From Oikopleura dioica (Eukaryota; Animalia; Chordata), in the NCBI GenBank assembly GCA_907165135.1, contig OU015566.1, positions 558,001 to 622,000 on the forward strand: DNA of 64,000 bases, given 5' to 3'. Shown here in pieces: positions 1 through 12,800 of this stretch. The position numbers were made by a program, and so were the translations under genes. Position 1 is the stretch's first letter. Each line of letters starts with the position of its first letter. Below the pieces are notes generated by a model. It had not been told where the DNA came from and searched no databases. It saw only the letters and a list, made by a program, of their open reading frames with translations.

Positions 1-165
1 ACAAAAACGGACAAAGACGGATTTTGTCCGGATCGTGACAAAAGTCCGGTCTAGGCTGTCCGTTTTTTCCTCAACCAAAAGACTAAAAGTCTAGTCTGTC
101 CGTACGGACAAGACCGGACAGACACGGATAAAATCCGTACACGGACATGTCCGTTTAGAACCCTG
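1..165. repeat. Right part of a palindromic MITE-like repeat built from CGGACA/TGTCCG motifs (truncated by window start)
   Basis: Dense interspersed cggaca and tgtccg words ending in tgtccgtttagaaccctg; no ORF. Confidence 0.5.
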
Positions 166-337
166 CTTACGATGACTTTTTCCTGATTTTTCATGAATTA
201 TTGACACAGTAAGATCCTTCTGTTTTATAAATCAGAAGATTTTTTAATTTTTTAATGATTCGAACAAGGTTGGGTTAATCTGACCCGAGCCTTCGTGTTT
301 CACAGGTTAGGGTAAGGGTGGTAAGGTTTACGGGGAC

Positions 338-485
338 GTGTCTGGACCCGACAAAAAATTTCGACAAATTTTGCGTGGAAATTTTCAACCAATCAGAAGC
401 CTGGATTTAGCTCACCGGCCAAACAGCAGCCGAGTAGCCGCCCACGCGAAATTTGTCGAAATTTTTTTGTCGGTTCCAAAAGCCA
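338..485 (+). mobile_element. MITE family 1 (about 150 bp, long TIRs, internal CCAAT pair), diverged copy A
   Basis: gtgtctggacccgacaaaaaatttcgacaaattttgcgtgg ... cacgcgaaatttgtcgaaatttttttgtcggttcc; the same layout recurs at 33625, 36775, 39492 and 63842. Confidence 0.85.
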
Positions 486-679
486 TCCCAGGTTAACCTG
501 TATCGACGCTATGAATCATATCATCTTTCAAGAATACTATTCGTAAATTTTTCTGAAATCCCTATTCTCCCCCGAATAAAAACACCAAATGTGTCATAAA
601 AAAAATCTTTAAAGGATTACGCAATTGGAATTGCCTTTCAAAAAATGGCCTCTATCATTTTCCGTGCTGATAATTGCGG

Positions 680-850
680 CTAGTCGTCAATTCCTTGTCG
701 GGCTAAAAATTCCTCGCACGTCAAGTCCGACCGCATTTTGAGTCTCTCGTCCATCGCTTTTGGTGGTTTCGTTTTCATAACATACGAGTCCCAAAAATTA
801 TAATTTTCAAACTCGAAGCATCTCCACTCGCATTTCGATGTTTTTCTAAA
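680..850 (-). CDS. Probable terminal exon of an unidentified gene (KTSKCEWRCFEF...TCEEFLARQGIDD*)
   Basis: Open frame preceded by a pyrimidine-rich acceptor (tctcttctttag), with protein-like composition. Upstream exons could not be joined. Confidence 0.35.
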   Translation of the reverse strand, partial: FRKTSKCEWRCFEFENYNFWDSYVMKTKPPKAMDERLKMRSDLTCEEFLARQGIDD

Positions 851-3150
851 GAAGAGAGAAGATGTTTTCAAAACCAGGAGGATCAGCGCAAAATTGACGG
901 TTGAGGGAAATTTTCAAAGTTTTTTTTATCTAAAAAAGCTGCATTTTGCAAAAATTTGGAGAGAAAAAATGAAAAGAAGAAAAAATTAAAATGAAGAAAT
1001 TAAGGTACTCCACCCCTTAATTTTTTTCTAGCCGCGTGCGGTTCAATTTTGTGAAAAAAAGCCGCAGAATAATTTATTTTAATTCTTAGTTCGGATGATA
1101 TTCGAGAAAAAGCACTAGAAGAGAACTCGTACGGTAGTTCTGGGGCAGAAAATTTTCTAGGGCCAGATTATCTCTAAACAAAGTGGTGTCCGCTTGAAAA
1201 GGTCAAAACACGTGTGCCCCTAATGAGCTCAAGAAAAGGGACGGGAAGTGGAAAAAGAGACACTTTTTTGAGCATTTATTGACAAGATAGAAACAAAAAA
1301 TGAAATAAAATTTGATGGAGCTGATCAAGTAAATAGAATAATCGAAAAAATAATTGTTTATTCAAATTTTTTACAAATCAAGCAAAGTCTTAAAAATCAG
1401 CTGTTTTTTATTTGAGAAGAATCGATGAAAGTTCAAACCACTCATATATGATCCTTATCATTCGAAAAAAACGTTGATAAGTATGCAAAGTTTGTTGCCG
1501 TCTGATTATCTTTTCTGGGTAAAATCAGCTTTCGCGGCTAATCCATTTTGGAATACAAACGCGCTCAAACAAAGAACGGTCCACTAAAAACGGTCACGTC
1601 TAGATCAGCGGGGGTTGACGTGTTATCATTGGAAATATTTTGACCATCAACAGTGGAGCATCCCGCATGTGGCCTGCTCCACAGAGTGTTACTACCCGCT
1701 ACGTGCAAAGCCACTAGAAACACTTTATTCTTTAAAATTAAAGCGATGACGCATTTTTTATAGAAAAAATTGAGTTGAATAAGAGAAAATGATTATTCAG
1801 AGACAATTGGTCATTGTCAGAAAATATCTGCCTTTCAGAAGGTTTGTTTTCGACGATTTTTCATCCAGATTATCTTTGTGACGCCCTTATTTATAAAAAA
1901 AAATATAATGAGGTTTTTTATGCATAAATTAAGGGTGTCAAAATATCATTTTTTGGCGAAAATGACTCGAAAATCGATTTTTGAATCAAAATTTTGATTT
2001 TTATTTTGACATAAAATACGATTATTTATTTTTTTTTCAAAAATTGTTTGTTTCAAAATTTCATAATTTTTCAGTTCGAAAAAAAATTCTGAAAAGCTTG
2101 CAAATCGGTTTAGCGCGTAAATTGTGACAGTGAAACTTGCCCGCGGCAGCGGCAGTTCTAAATGCTCCCTTTTCGGCTTCTCCGACGATCGTTTTGTTTA
2201 TGCAAGATGTCCTTAATTTTGAGATAGCGTCGGAAACCAAAGCAAAAACTAAAACAAGCGCTGCTGTTCTTGAATCTTGAGCTTGAGAGGCAAACTTTGT
2301 AATGGCGCTGAAGAGGGCCATCCGCGCGGCGATCAGGCAACTTATCAAAATAAACGATTTTTAACAGAAAGAACCCAGTTTTTTTCATCGAGAGTTTTTA
2401 GTAAAATAAATTGTATTTAGATGTTTCCTATCGAATTTTCTCTTGTCCAGTCCCTATTTTCTTTCGATAAAAAATTTCTTCATTGATAATTTAATCTTCG
2501 AAAATAAGTCTTAGCTAAAAAGAGACGCCTGAAATATTGACTTATCATTCAAGAGCTCAAGAGTCTCTTTTATGATAATGCTTTTTGTCGAGTTAACAGA
2601 AAATATTTTTGACATTTTGCAAACGAGTCAATTTTCAGAAATTGATCTTATTAACCTTGATCACGTAATTTTCTCAAAATAACCGATCGATTCAATTCCC
2701 CGAGATCAAGTCAATTTCACCCAATTTCCAATTTTCTCGCAATATGACAGATGTTTGGTACGTTAGAACACGTCCCGTCACGTGCCAGATTTTATAAATC
2801 CTTGAAACACGAAAATTGCATGTTCCGCGAGGATTTTTTAAATGCCGGAGAAAAGCCACGAAGAAAGCTTTGTTACAAGAATTAATCCGAGAAGGATTAT
2901 CATTAAAATTTTCGCCGAGGACATGTTCCAACTCGTAAGCGTCTCTTTTCGTAAATTATGAGAAAATTTTGATTAAAAATTGGTTCGAATTCTAGACCAA
3001 TCATAGTTCTTCATTCGGGGACTTGACCAATCAGATTTCAGGAAAAAAAAATCGAAAAAAAATTTTAGTGAGATTCTTTCAAAAAATCCTCGCTAAAAAG
3101 GTCGAATCCCTCCTTATTAAAGTCTTACTGTAACTCAAACTTTATTTTAG

Positions 3151-6100
3151 GTTACTAGCGCGGCGGCGAGTAATACTGATGCTGCTCTTCCTCGGTGCCA
3201 TCGTCCTAACCTACACAGATTCCGTCCGCCTTCTGCGAGAACAAGAAGAATCGAATCGCGCGAAAAGAGACCTAGAAAAGCACCCTTTATCGAAAGCTGC
3301 CAGTCCTCAGAGCAATGTCCTTTCGATGGATCACAAAGTGCCTCTTACGGAATGCGCTTACAATTCGCCAAAACTCATTGGCCCGCTGAAAACAGATCCG
3401 AAGTACATTCCGGAATGGGATGAAATTGAAGTTGGCGAGACAAAGAATGGAGGTTGTTGGCAACCGAGCGATTGCGCGCAGAGACAGAATGTGGCGATTA
3501 TCATTCCGTATAAAAATAGAGAGGAGCATCTGCGCGCCCTGCTGAATACATTGCATCCAATTCTTCAAAGACAAAACACCGCATACTGCATTTATGTGGG
3601 CGAGCAGCATGACGATGGCAGATTTAATAAAGGTTTGTTTATTTTTATCATAGCAATCGGTATTTTGGTAGAGATTAACGAGCGAAAAGGAACATCCAGT
3701 AGCTCTTCAGTCCCTTGAATCCTTCGTGAAATGTGGTTGTTGTTGTTCCTGACGAATTTGAAGTCGTTGTCTTAGTCGTTGTTGTTGTTGAACGTGTAGT
3801 GGTTTTTTTAGTGGTTGTTGTCGATGTCAATGATAATGTGGATGTTGTTGTTTTTGTTGTTTGCGTAGACATTGTTGTTGATGATTTTGAGGGTGCTGGC
3901 GTATTGGAAATAGAACTTGTCATCTGATAAGTCGACAGATTTGTCATGTCAGTCGTCAGGGATGATTCTGCCGTTGTTAGATTGTCAACACTCGGATCGA
4001 GATCTTCATTTTTTCCAAGGCAAAGAGGAATCGTGATTCCAAGAATTGTTACTATCACTGCAGAAACTTCATTTCACACCGAAATTGTTATTCAAATATA
4101 ATTCTTAAATACCTAGCGCGAATCCAACAATAATCCTTTTTCGTTTTCTCCAACCTCTTTTGTAAATGTTTGCAATATTATATTCTTCGAGAAAGAATAT
4201 TTATAAGTTTAATTAATGCTGAGTGAATATTCGTCTATAAACATTTTCTTGACACACTCACAAAAAATCCGTTTTCCTCGTCTTTTGTCATGGTATCGAA
4301 ACTGATGCGAAAAATTTTTGTCTTCGAATTTTATAGTTATTTTTAAGCCATCTGTCAAGATCTGCGTTATTTTTCACACGAGCGTTGAGATAAATTTATG
4401 ATGACATTCGAATTGCACTCGACACATTTTTAATCCCATCTTCGGCCATAAAACTGCCAAAAAGCCGCAATTTTTCGCCTACCATGGATGAGTCTAGGAA
4501 TTTTTTCAATTCTGATCGACATTTTTAGGAGCTGTGATGAACTCTGCCTTCAAAGAAGTTCTCAAAGAACATGCCTACGATTGCGTTATCTTCCACGACG
4601 TCGACATGCTCCCCGAAGACGACCGAAACATTTACCAGTGCGAATCGAATCCCGTCCATCTTTCTCCCCTCATCGACAAGTTCGATTACAAACCTTATGG
4701 AACCGATTTCGGAGGAATCACCATGTTGCGGCCGGAGCATTTTATCGCGGCAAATGGAATGAGCAATCTTTTCTGGGGCTGGGGACGAGAAGACGATGAC
4801 ATGCAATTTCGAGTTGGCAGATCTCCCTTCAATGGTAAATTTTTTCAATGCCAATGTTTTTCTCATTATTTTTCTAGTGACAAAACCGGTTAATTACGAG
4901 CAGGCCCGTTACAAAATGATCCCTCATCAGCACGCCTGGATCTTCAGAAATTTCAAAATCCGCGACTCAACAACAGATGTCCGCTTTTTGCCTCCAGAGT
5001 ACTTAGGACCGGATTGACGAGACTAATCAATACTTCTATCAACTTGTGGAATATTGAATTCTTGAATCAAAAATAGAATAAAAAAATCAATCCTCAAAAG
5101 TCAAATACAAAGAGCGCTCAACAGTAGAAGGCCTTACCAGTGTCAACTACAAAAACCTCGGAACCGACCGAAAATCGCTCTTTACTCATCTCGACCTTGA
5201 ATTGCGAGAACTCGTTGTTGATTCCCTCAAAACCGAATTCATCAGCTCTGGATCAAGCCAAACTCTGATCGACACGACGAAAAAGGAGTGCAGCTATATA
5301 AAGATGGAAAACACTAGAGTCTGCGAGGAGTATGGACATACGATGGTGCTGAAGTACTTGAGAAAATTGCTGCTGAGTTATGATGACGCGGTGAAAAAGT
5401 GTGATGAACTAGGGTAGGAACTTTAACAATAACTTGAAAGATTGATCTCTGTTTTAGCTACATGTGCACTGGATTCGCAGAAGACTCTCTCGGAAAATAC
5501 CGTCTTAGGGAGGTCACACAGCTTTTGTCAAGCGATAATACTCCTCAGGTAAGTGACTTTTCTAGCAACGAATAATTACTCGAAACTTCAGGATTGCAAC
5601 ACGAAGGGAAAGCACATCTTCCACAAATCCTGCCCAGGAGACCAATCATTTATCCAGGTTTCTCAAGATTTGACGATTCCAATTTCTGATCAGCTGACAC
5701 CGCCAAATTATGCTTTCACACATCGACTACAAGAATGAGTTTCACAAATCCTAATTCTAGACCAAAAACATTCATTCTATAACTCTTGAAAAGTCACCCC
5801 AAAAGTCGCTTCCGACCACGATGTGATTTTCCGCCAAGCTCTTCTTTTCGAAGGCTCTCAAATCGGCCCGATTTTCACCGAAAATTTGGGGAAGATTTCG
5901 AAAGCAGATTTCGAAGTTAAAATCAATTTTTCGCTGCCCATGCCTCTTCCTGGTTATTACACAAGTGTTGCCAAATTGACAAACAAATTGGGGGAGCCGC
6001 TTTATGAGTGGAAATGGGCCGTCAGAATGACAACTGGTAAGGATTTTTCTTTTTTCTAAAATTCTCATTTTTCTTCAAGGAAACAACGAGCAAGACATTT

Positions 6101-6180
6101 ATCTGCGAAAAACACCCATTGAAAAGGTGTTTCCCACTCTTGGCTGGGAAATTCCAACCTACCAAGAGTTTGTTCAGAAT
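3151..6180 (+). CDS. B4GALT: Beta-1,4-galactosyltransferase (GT7) with a long C-terminal extension; multi-exon
   Basis: Type II anchor (LLARRRVILMLLFLGAIVLTY), VAIIIPYKNREEHL, FNK|GAVMN, CVIFHDVDMLP (DxD), FGG, NGMSNLFWGWGREDDDM, YKMIPH, EGLTSVNY. Introns 3633-4528, 4835-4877 and 5007-5100; the 3' end is approximate. Confidence 0.92.
3675..4072 (-). CDS. Small secreted Ser/Thr-rich mucin-like protein nested antisense in B4GALT intron 1
   Basis: 127-aa ORF with a hydrophobic N-terminus (VIVTILGITIPLCLG) and a long Thr/Ser tract. An upstream ATG (4072) is one base out of frame. Confidence 0.6.
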
Positions 6181-6694
6181 TTCAAAGACCTAAAATCTTC
6201 AAAGTAAAAGCCCAAATATCGAATGTACAAATATCACTTCTGTATCTTGCACTTCTGTACAAATTTCCGACAGTTTCAATGAAAAATAAAAAGTTCATTG
6301 GAGAAATAAATAAAAACCAAAATATATGGATAAACTCTTAAAAACAATGAGAATGAAAAATCTTAGGCTTAAGAAAACGTCTTGTCGATTTATCAAAATT
6401 AATTAAATCTTATCAGAGTTTGTAAAAAATGTAAGAGACCTTCTCAGTCAGAGACAGGAACGTTTTGCTGCTGTGTATGACCTTTTCAACTTTGATTTTT
6501 TAAATTTCATTTGAGTTCTATTCTTTTGTACTTCTCAAATGATGCGTTGAGGGGTAAGAGCTTCGAGTTCTTCTTCTGATCGCATTATTTGATTTCGCCA
6601 TTCGCAAGATGGCCTTTCCAAACGAAACCACCCGCTACCCTATCTATGTGAATTTAACATCTGTCGCTGATTTTTCATATGCAATTTATAGCAT

Positions 6695-9613
6695 TTGCTA
6701 CCCATTTTTTTAATGAATTTCTCGAATTCGAACAGTCTTTTTTCAACAGATTTTTTAATGCACCCTTTGAGGCTCAATGAGACCTGCACGGATTTAGAAC
6801 TTGGCGAGATTTGCACAAGCCATTGCGCGGATGAGATTTCCAAATGTATGGCAGAATGTCCCCCGGGCGATGTTTCTTGCGAAAATATTTGCATAAGAGA
6901 TGGGTTTACGTGCGTTGATGGGTGTCCTTGCAATATTGATTGTCCCACAGGATGTCAGGATTGCCCTGCTTTTGTTTGCTCAGCTTGTTTTTCACCTGAA
7001 AACAATGAAGATCATGTCAACTGTATCGAATTTTTCGGAAACGAGCTGAGTAAATGTACAAAAAATTGCGAAAACGAGCTTTTTCGTTCTCTTTGTCAGG
7101 ACCAATGTGATCAAGAGTATTTTATCAATATTGAAACCTGCCCTTGCGAGCCCGGTTGCCCAGACGGATGCCCATGTCCAAATTACGAATGTGAAGAATC
7201 GAGCCTTGAGAAACACGGAGCTGTTTTGGTCCTTAAGAGATTCAGAATTCCAAGAAAACCTGTTCTTGTGAATTTCGAAAGCTTTACAACAGATTTATCT
7301 GTAATATTTAATTTATTGATTTTGGGTAAAAAGGAATTTTAAGGTATCTTGGTACAACAACGGTCCAGAAAATCACCAATACTACCCTTTAGATGGATGC
7401 TCAGTTTTATACAAGGATAAGAATTATCTGTTTGGAGGCTACACTGCTAATATAAATGGCACCTTGATAAGTTACGGGCCACATATTCTTGATGGCTGTG
7501 ATATTGTAAAGGCTGAAGGTGTTTCTTTTTATCACGATTGTGATTTAGGCAGGGATGAGAGAATGAACGTGTCAGGCGATTCCGTTTGAAATCGTTTTTT
7601 TTTCTCTTCTAAGAGCTGCGCTCGAAATTCTTTCAATTCATATATTTATATTTACCTCACAAAATTTCGAATTTTTAATCTTAGAAATACATTTAAGATA
7701 ATGAAGTCGATTGCCTTTTGATAAGGAGATTTTTAAAAAATTAAGAATAGGAAATCTTTCATTGTCAATAAGTCTTCGACCATTTTATTGGTACGGCTTT
7801 ATTTTCATATTTACTTCGGGCGAAAAATGAAACAAAATACTTGGTGCTTTAGCTACCATTTAAATAGATAAAAAAGGCATTTTTTTCTTCTTTATAGCGG
7901 ATGAAGCGAAAGACAATCAAAATAACGATTTTCAAATTATATCTTGACAGCTCTCATTTGGGTTGCTGATATAAAAGGACATAAAAAATTATCTCAGAAA
8001 AATAACCGATTGCATGATTGAAGAAATGCTATTCTCTTACCCCTTGTTAGGCTCAGTGGGATATCTACCAACAGTTGATGATAAAGAGGCTTATATAATG
8101 CTCTATGACGGTGAAATGAACAATGTCCAAGCGTAATACTTCTAAAAATTTATCAAAATTAAAATATTAAGATATGATGGACACGCAATTCTTGAGGCTG
8201 AATTTTGGGCGCCAAACAAATATCATTCGAATACAGGAGGTCATATCCCTATTTACAAAGAGAAACCTATACTTATTGGGGGAATGTCGGAAAATTCTGT
8301 CGAGACTTTCAGGTGAATTTATTATCGGCACATCTGTAATGTTCCCGATTTTTTTTTTTTAATTTTCCATATTAATTTAGTTTCAGCAACTAACTTTAAC
8401 AAATTTAAAAAGTTTTCTACCACAAATCGGATTTCAAAAAGACAATCTTAACAAACAAGCGGACATAACAAACAAAACGGACGAAAGAAATACGGAAAAT
8501 TTCAGTAATTTAGAGCATTTAATGAATATTTACATAAAATCACGTGCGGAGCGTATGTTGAGTGGCGGGCGGCTTCGTTTTCAAAGGCCATTTTGTAAAC
8601 GGCGTTCACAAATTACGAGCGGCGTTCGCAAAATCGAAAGTTTTTTGGCCGAAAATCGTTCACAATTTTTTTTCAAAATGTGTCCCAGCGGTAGAAAAAA
8701 CTACTCCTGCCACGCCAATGAGTTCCCTACAAGAAAATGCGCAAAGCGCACACTCACGGCAAGATGATTTTTCATTGCGAACGGCGTTCGCAAAATTACG
8801 AATTATGTCGCAAATTGCGAACATAGCCGCCCTACACCCCGTATGTTTTCTTATTGATTTTTGTGGTTCGCGCCTGATTTGATAGATAAAATAATTTTCA
8901 AAAGAAAATTTCGGGTTTTGGAAGAATTTTCCGCCGTTTGAAATGTGCATTAATTTGTAATGTACGCTTGTCTGTAATGTCCGTCTATTTGATATGTCAA
9001 TTTTTGCATAAATTGCGCGGAGGGCTTCCTAATTTTTTATTTTATATCAAAAGCAGTAACGTTCTAGGAACAGAAAAATTGTCCTGACTAATCACTGACT
9101 AGTAGTCAGTCAGACGAGTTTGACGAATTAAGGTGCAACCATTTTTTAAGCTTGAAAAATGAATGGACTGAACACGAAGATCTAGTATTTCCCGATGGAG
9201 ATATTGAATCGTACACCACAGTCTGGGGAGACTTTGGTGTGGTCGTTTTTCCTGGAAAATCAAGGTAAGAATACGATATCTATTGAACCCTGTTTTTTTT
9301 AGATCTAACGAAAAAATATGGCGACTTTTTGATGATAAATGGACGAATATTGGAATAGTTGCTGGTGAAAAAACAAGAAGAGCTGCTAGATCAGTTCTTT
9401 TTCCAAATAATGAGGTTGAGAAATATTCGTTTATTTTATAAAATTGCGTAGGTTATGATGATCGGCGGTTACGATAACCAACAATTCATCAAATATGCCT
9501 TCAACGATGATTTTACTTCTATAAAAGGAGAAATTTTAGAAGACCTTCCTTTTCTTGCAGAATACGATTTCCCTTATGCGATCTACGTTGAAAATAATTT
9601 CTGCACAATCTGA
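6695..9613 (+). CDS. Secreted Cys-rich (CPC..CP.GCPCP.YEC repeats) plus Kelch beta-propeller protein; multi-exon
   Basis: Two Cys-rich repeats in ORF 6695-7342. Downstream exons read GCSVLYKDKNYLFGG and VMMIGGYDN...YAIYVENNFCTI*, i.e. GG-containing Kelch blades. The start is uncertain. Confidence 0.75.
8440..9000. repeat. Intronic inverted-repeat (MITE-like) element with internal cggcgttcgcaaaat repeats
   Basis: gggcggct (about 8567) and agccgccc (about 8825) are inverted; cggcgttc(a/g)caaa occurs three times; the outer ggacat/atgtcc arms are also inverted. Confidence 0.5.
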
Positions 9614-9888
9614 GGCAAACATAATAAATATTGTTAGTTTATCATCAAAAGTGTGATGATAGTTTAGCAGCTGCTCATTTAATTTTTTATATTTTTCGAA
9701 AGAAAAAAAAATTAAATTAGGTTTTTCGTTCATAAAATTTCGAAGCTGACAATGTGAATCATATTGTTCACACAGTGCAGGGAGTTTTATTTATTTCGTC
9801 AAGGGAATGCCAAAAAAAATTTAATCTGATTTATTGACATATTTACAAATCGAAGTACATTTTTGGTGGAGAAGTATTTAAAAGTTTT

Positions 9889-12800
9889 TCACAGTGATAT
9901 GGTTTCATTGCAGCGGTAATTCAAATTGCTCCAAATCACATTTTCTTGGCTAAAATCAAGCACGCCCAATCGCCCGCCTTGAAGAGTCTTGTCGATCACG
10001 TGACCGGAGTCGATGATTTTATTTTCTCCTTGGAAAATTTGCACTTGAATGAGCCCAACACTCGGGCGATGACGCAGCACCCAGCGATAAGCGGTGAAAT
10101 CAGTCCAGCCGATCTTGTTCTCATCTTCCCAGAGAACTTTCACTTGCCCGGGAGTGTCTGATCCGTGCCAGAGAGCATTACGAAGCAAAGGACCGGGACC
10201 AGTTGCGGAATCGATGAGCTTGATCTGAAGACCAGTTGGAGCCACAGAGCGAAAGGGAGAAGGCCACCAGTAGGTTTGCTCGACCTGTTTCCACATCACA
10301 CTGTAGAAACGGGAAGAGCTTTGGAAGCTGAAAACAAAGCCGACGAAATCATCATCGGTGTCAGTGTTGATGTAGACGGTGCCACTGTAGTCAACGCCTG
10401 TAAAAATTTACGATAAAAAATCTTTTATTTTTTTTTTATAAAATCATACCTTGAACATTATGATTTCCAATCGCTAAACCAGGATCAGCATTGACCGACT
10501 GTATCAACTCTCTTCCTTCATTCAGCACAATCCAGTACGGATCAAGTTGGCTGGAACCTTCTGGGTCGAGTAAGATAGTTTCGTAGCCGGTAAATGAAGG
10601 AGAAGAAATGAGCGCATCCATTGGACAAATATCAAATTCATCAGGAGTTCCGTCGCCGTCAGAATCTGGTCCGCAGCCGAGTTGTTCAGGATTGTAGACT
10701 CTCGGGCAGTCGTCGACGTCGTCAGGGATTCCATCATCATCATCGTCGTCGTCGCAGATGTCGCCTACGCCGTCGAGGTCGAAATCAGATTGGTCAGCAT
10801 TCGCCGCTTCCGGGCAGTTGTCTCTTTCATCTGGAATTCCATCGCCGTCTGTGTCGACAACGACGCAGGAGTCATCTTGAGAGGGATTGTAGATCGTCGG
10901 GCAATTGTCGCAGTCATCTCCAACTCCATCATCATCGTCATCAAGCTGGTTTGGATTCGGAAGTCGGGGGCAGTTGTCGATGACATTGGTGATTCCGTCG
11001 TTGTCGATGTCATCATCGCAGGCGTCGCCAATTCCGTCGCCGTCGCTGTCTTCTTGGCCGGAGTTTGGAATGGTCGGACAGTTGTCTGCGCGACAGGTTG
11101 TGTCTCGGCAATTCAAGACTAAAATATAGAATGAGCGTTTGAAGAATTTTTCAATTTCTTACCTTCATCAGGGAATCCATCCAAATCAGAGTCTTTTCCA
11201 CAATTTTCTTTGCCATTTCCAGCGAAGCCAGTTGCGCAGACACAGTTGTGCGACCACGTGTCCTCGGCGAACTCGCAAATTGCATTCTTCGCACATCCAT
11301 TACAGTAACTAAAGCAGCCCACTGTCTGATTTCCAGTAAAACCGAGCATGCATTCGCCACATTTAAAACCGCCAGCGTAATTGAGACACTCCGAGTTTTC
11401 TACGCATCTGCCTTTTTTATGGTCTTTTTGAGAAATAAAAGAAGTAAAAGCTCTAGAATTTGGACCATTCCTTGTTCGCATTCGTCAACGTCGAAGCAGT
11501 CGATTCCATCGCCTTCGAATCCTTCAGGACATTCATCACAAGTTCCATTTGTGCAGCCGCTCCAGCAGATATCACATTGATCCTAGACTCATTCCAATTT
11601 TATCTTTCTTCCATTTTTACCTCTAAGTACTCGTATTCGTATGACTCATCCTCATCGTAGTAATAATCATCATAATCTACCTCATCTTCTGTACAATTGT
11701 GTCCATCGCCAAAGTAACCAGTCGGGCAGTTGCCACAAAAAGCTCCAGAAACCAGATCAGTACAGCTGACTCCCGGAAAGCATGGCAGAGAAATGGGTTA
11801 GAAAATTATCAAAAACATTTCTTTAAAAGTAAGACCCGTTTCTCATCGCTGCAGTAGATTCTAGAGTCGATGCAGTTCAGACCATCGCCTTGGAAATATT
11901 CAGGACAGAGAACGCATCGGGCCCCGCTTTTTCGGTTTCAGAAAATAGTTCTTTGAAATCAAGGAAGAAAATATTCGATTCAAAAACCGATCCTTTCGTC
12001 CTCCTCGCAAGCATCATGGCAAAATAACTCCGCACAGGTGGCCTTCATCATCTCTTTCTCTTCAATCTCTTGACACGTGACTCCATCACCAGTAAATCCT
12101 TCAGGACAAGGCGCGCACTTTCCACCATCAAGACTTTCAACACATTCGCCAAAACACTCCAATTGGGCGCAAGCGAGTCTAATTTTTCGTTATTTCAAAT
12201 TTCCAACATCTTATTCTGTACCCTGTTACGTAATGTGTGAATGACCCTTTGGGAGATATTTTCGTTATTTGAAATAAAATCCTGTTGCGAGTAACTGTGC
12301 AATTGAATCCGTCGCCTTCGAAGCCTTCTGGGCAGGGATCGCACTCGCCACCGGTCTCCGTATCGTTGCAGCTTGAGAAACAGTCTTTGTCTCGGTCAAT
12401 TAAGGAAATAAAAATGAATTGTTATTGTTCATTCCCTCCGTAAAAAAAAATAAAATAGAGCACTCTTGTATTTTCATCTTTTTGACCAATTCCTAAATCT
12501 TCGCAAAAGACCCTGGTATCCTCACAATCGACCCCATCGCCAACGAAAAACTCCGGGCACTGATCGCAAACACCCCCACTGGGCGTTTCTTCACAATCCC
12601 CAAAGCAGTCCATTTCCTCGCAATGAATTCGCTCATCTTCGCAAATCGTTCCATTCCCAGCGAAAAATTGAGGGCACGGCTCACAAACGCCTCCAGCAGG
12701 AGTTTCCGAGCAATCGCCAAAACAAGTCAAATCAGGGCAATGAGTTCGGATATCTGTACAAATTGTTCCATCGCCAATGTAATAATCAGGACAGGGAGCG

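Noticed and set aside
2061-2388. Overlapping minus-strand ORFs of 76-95 aa
   Set aside because: No recognisable motif, and no consistent splice path to the 680-850 exon.
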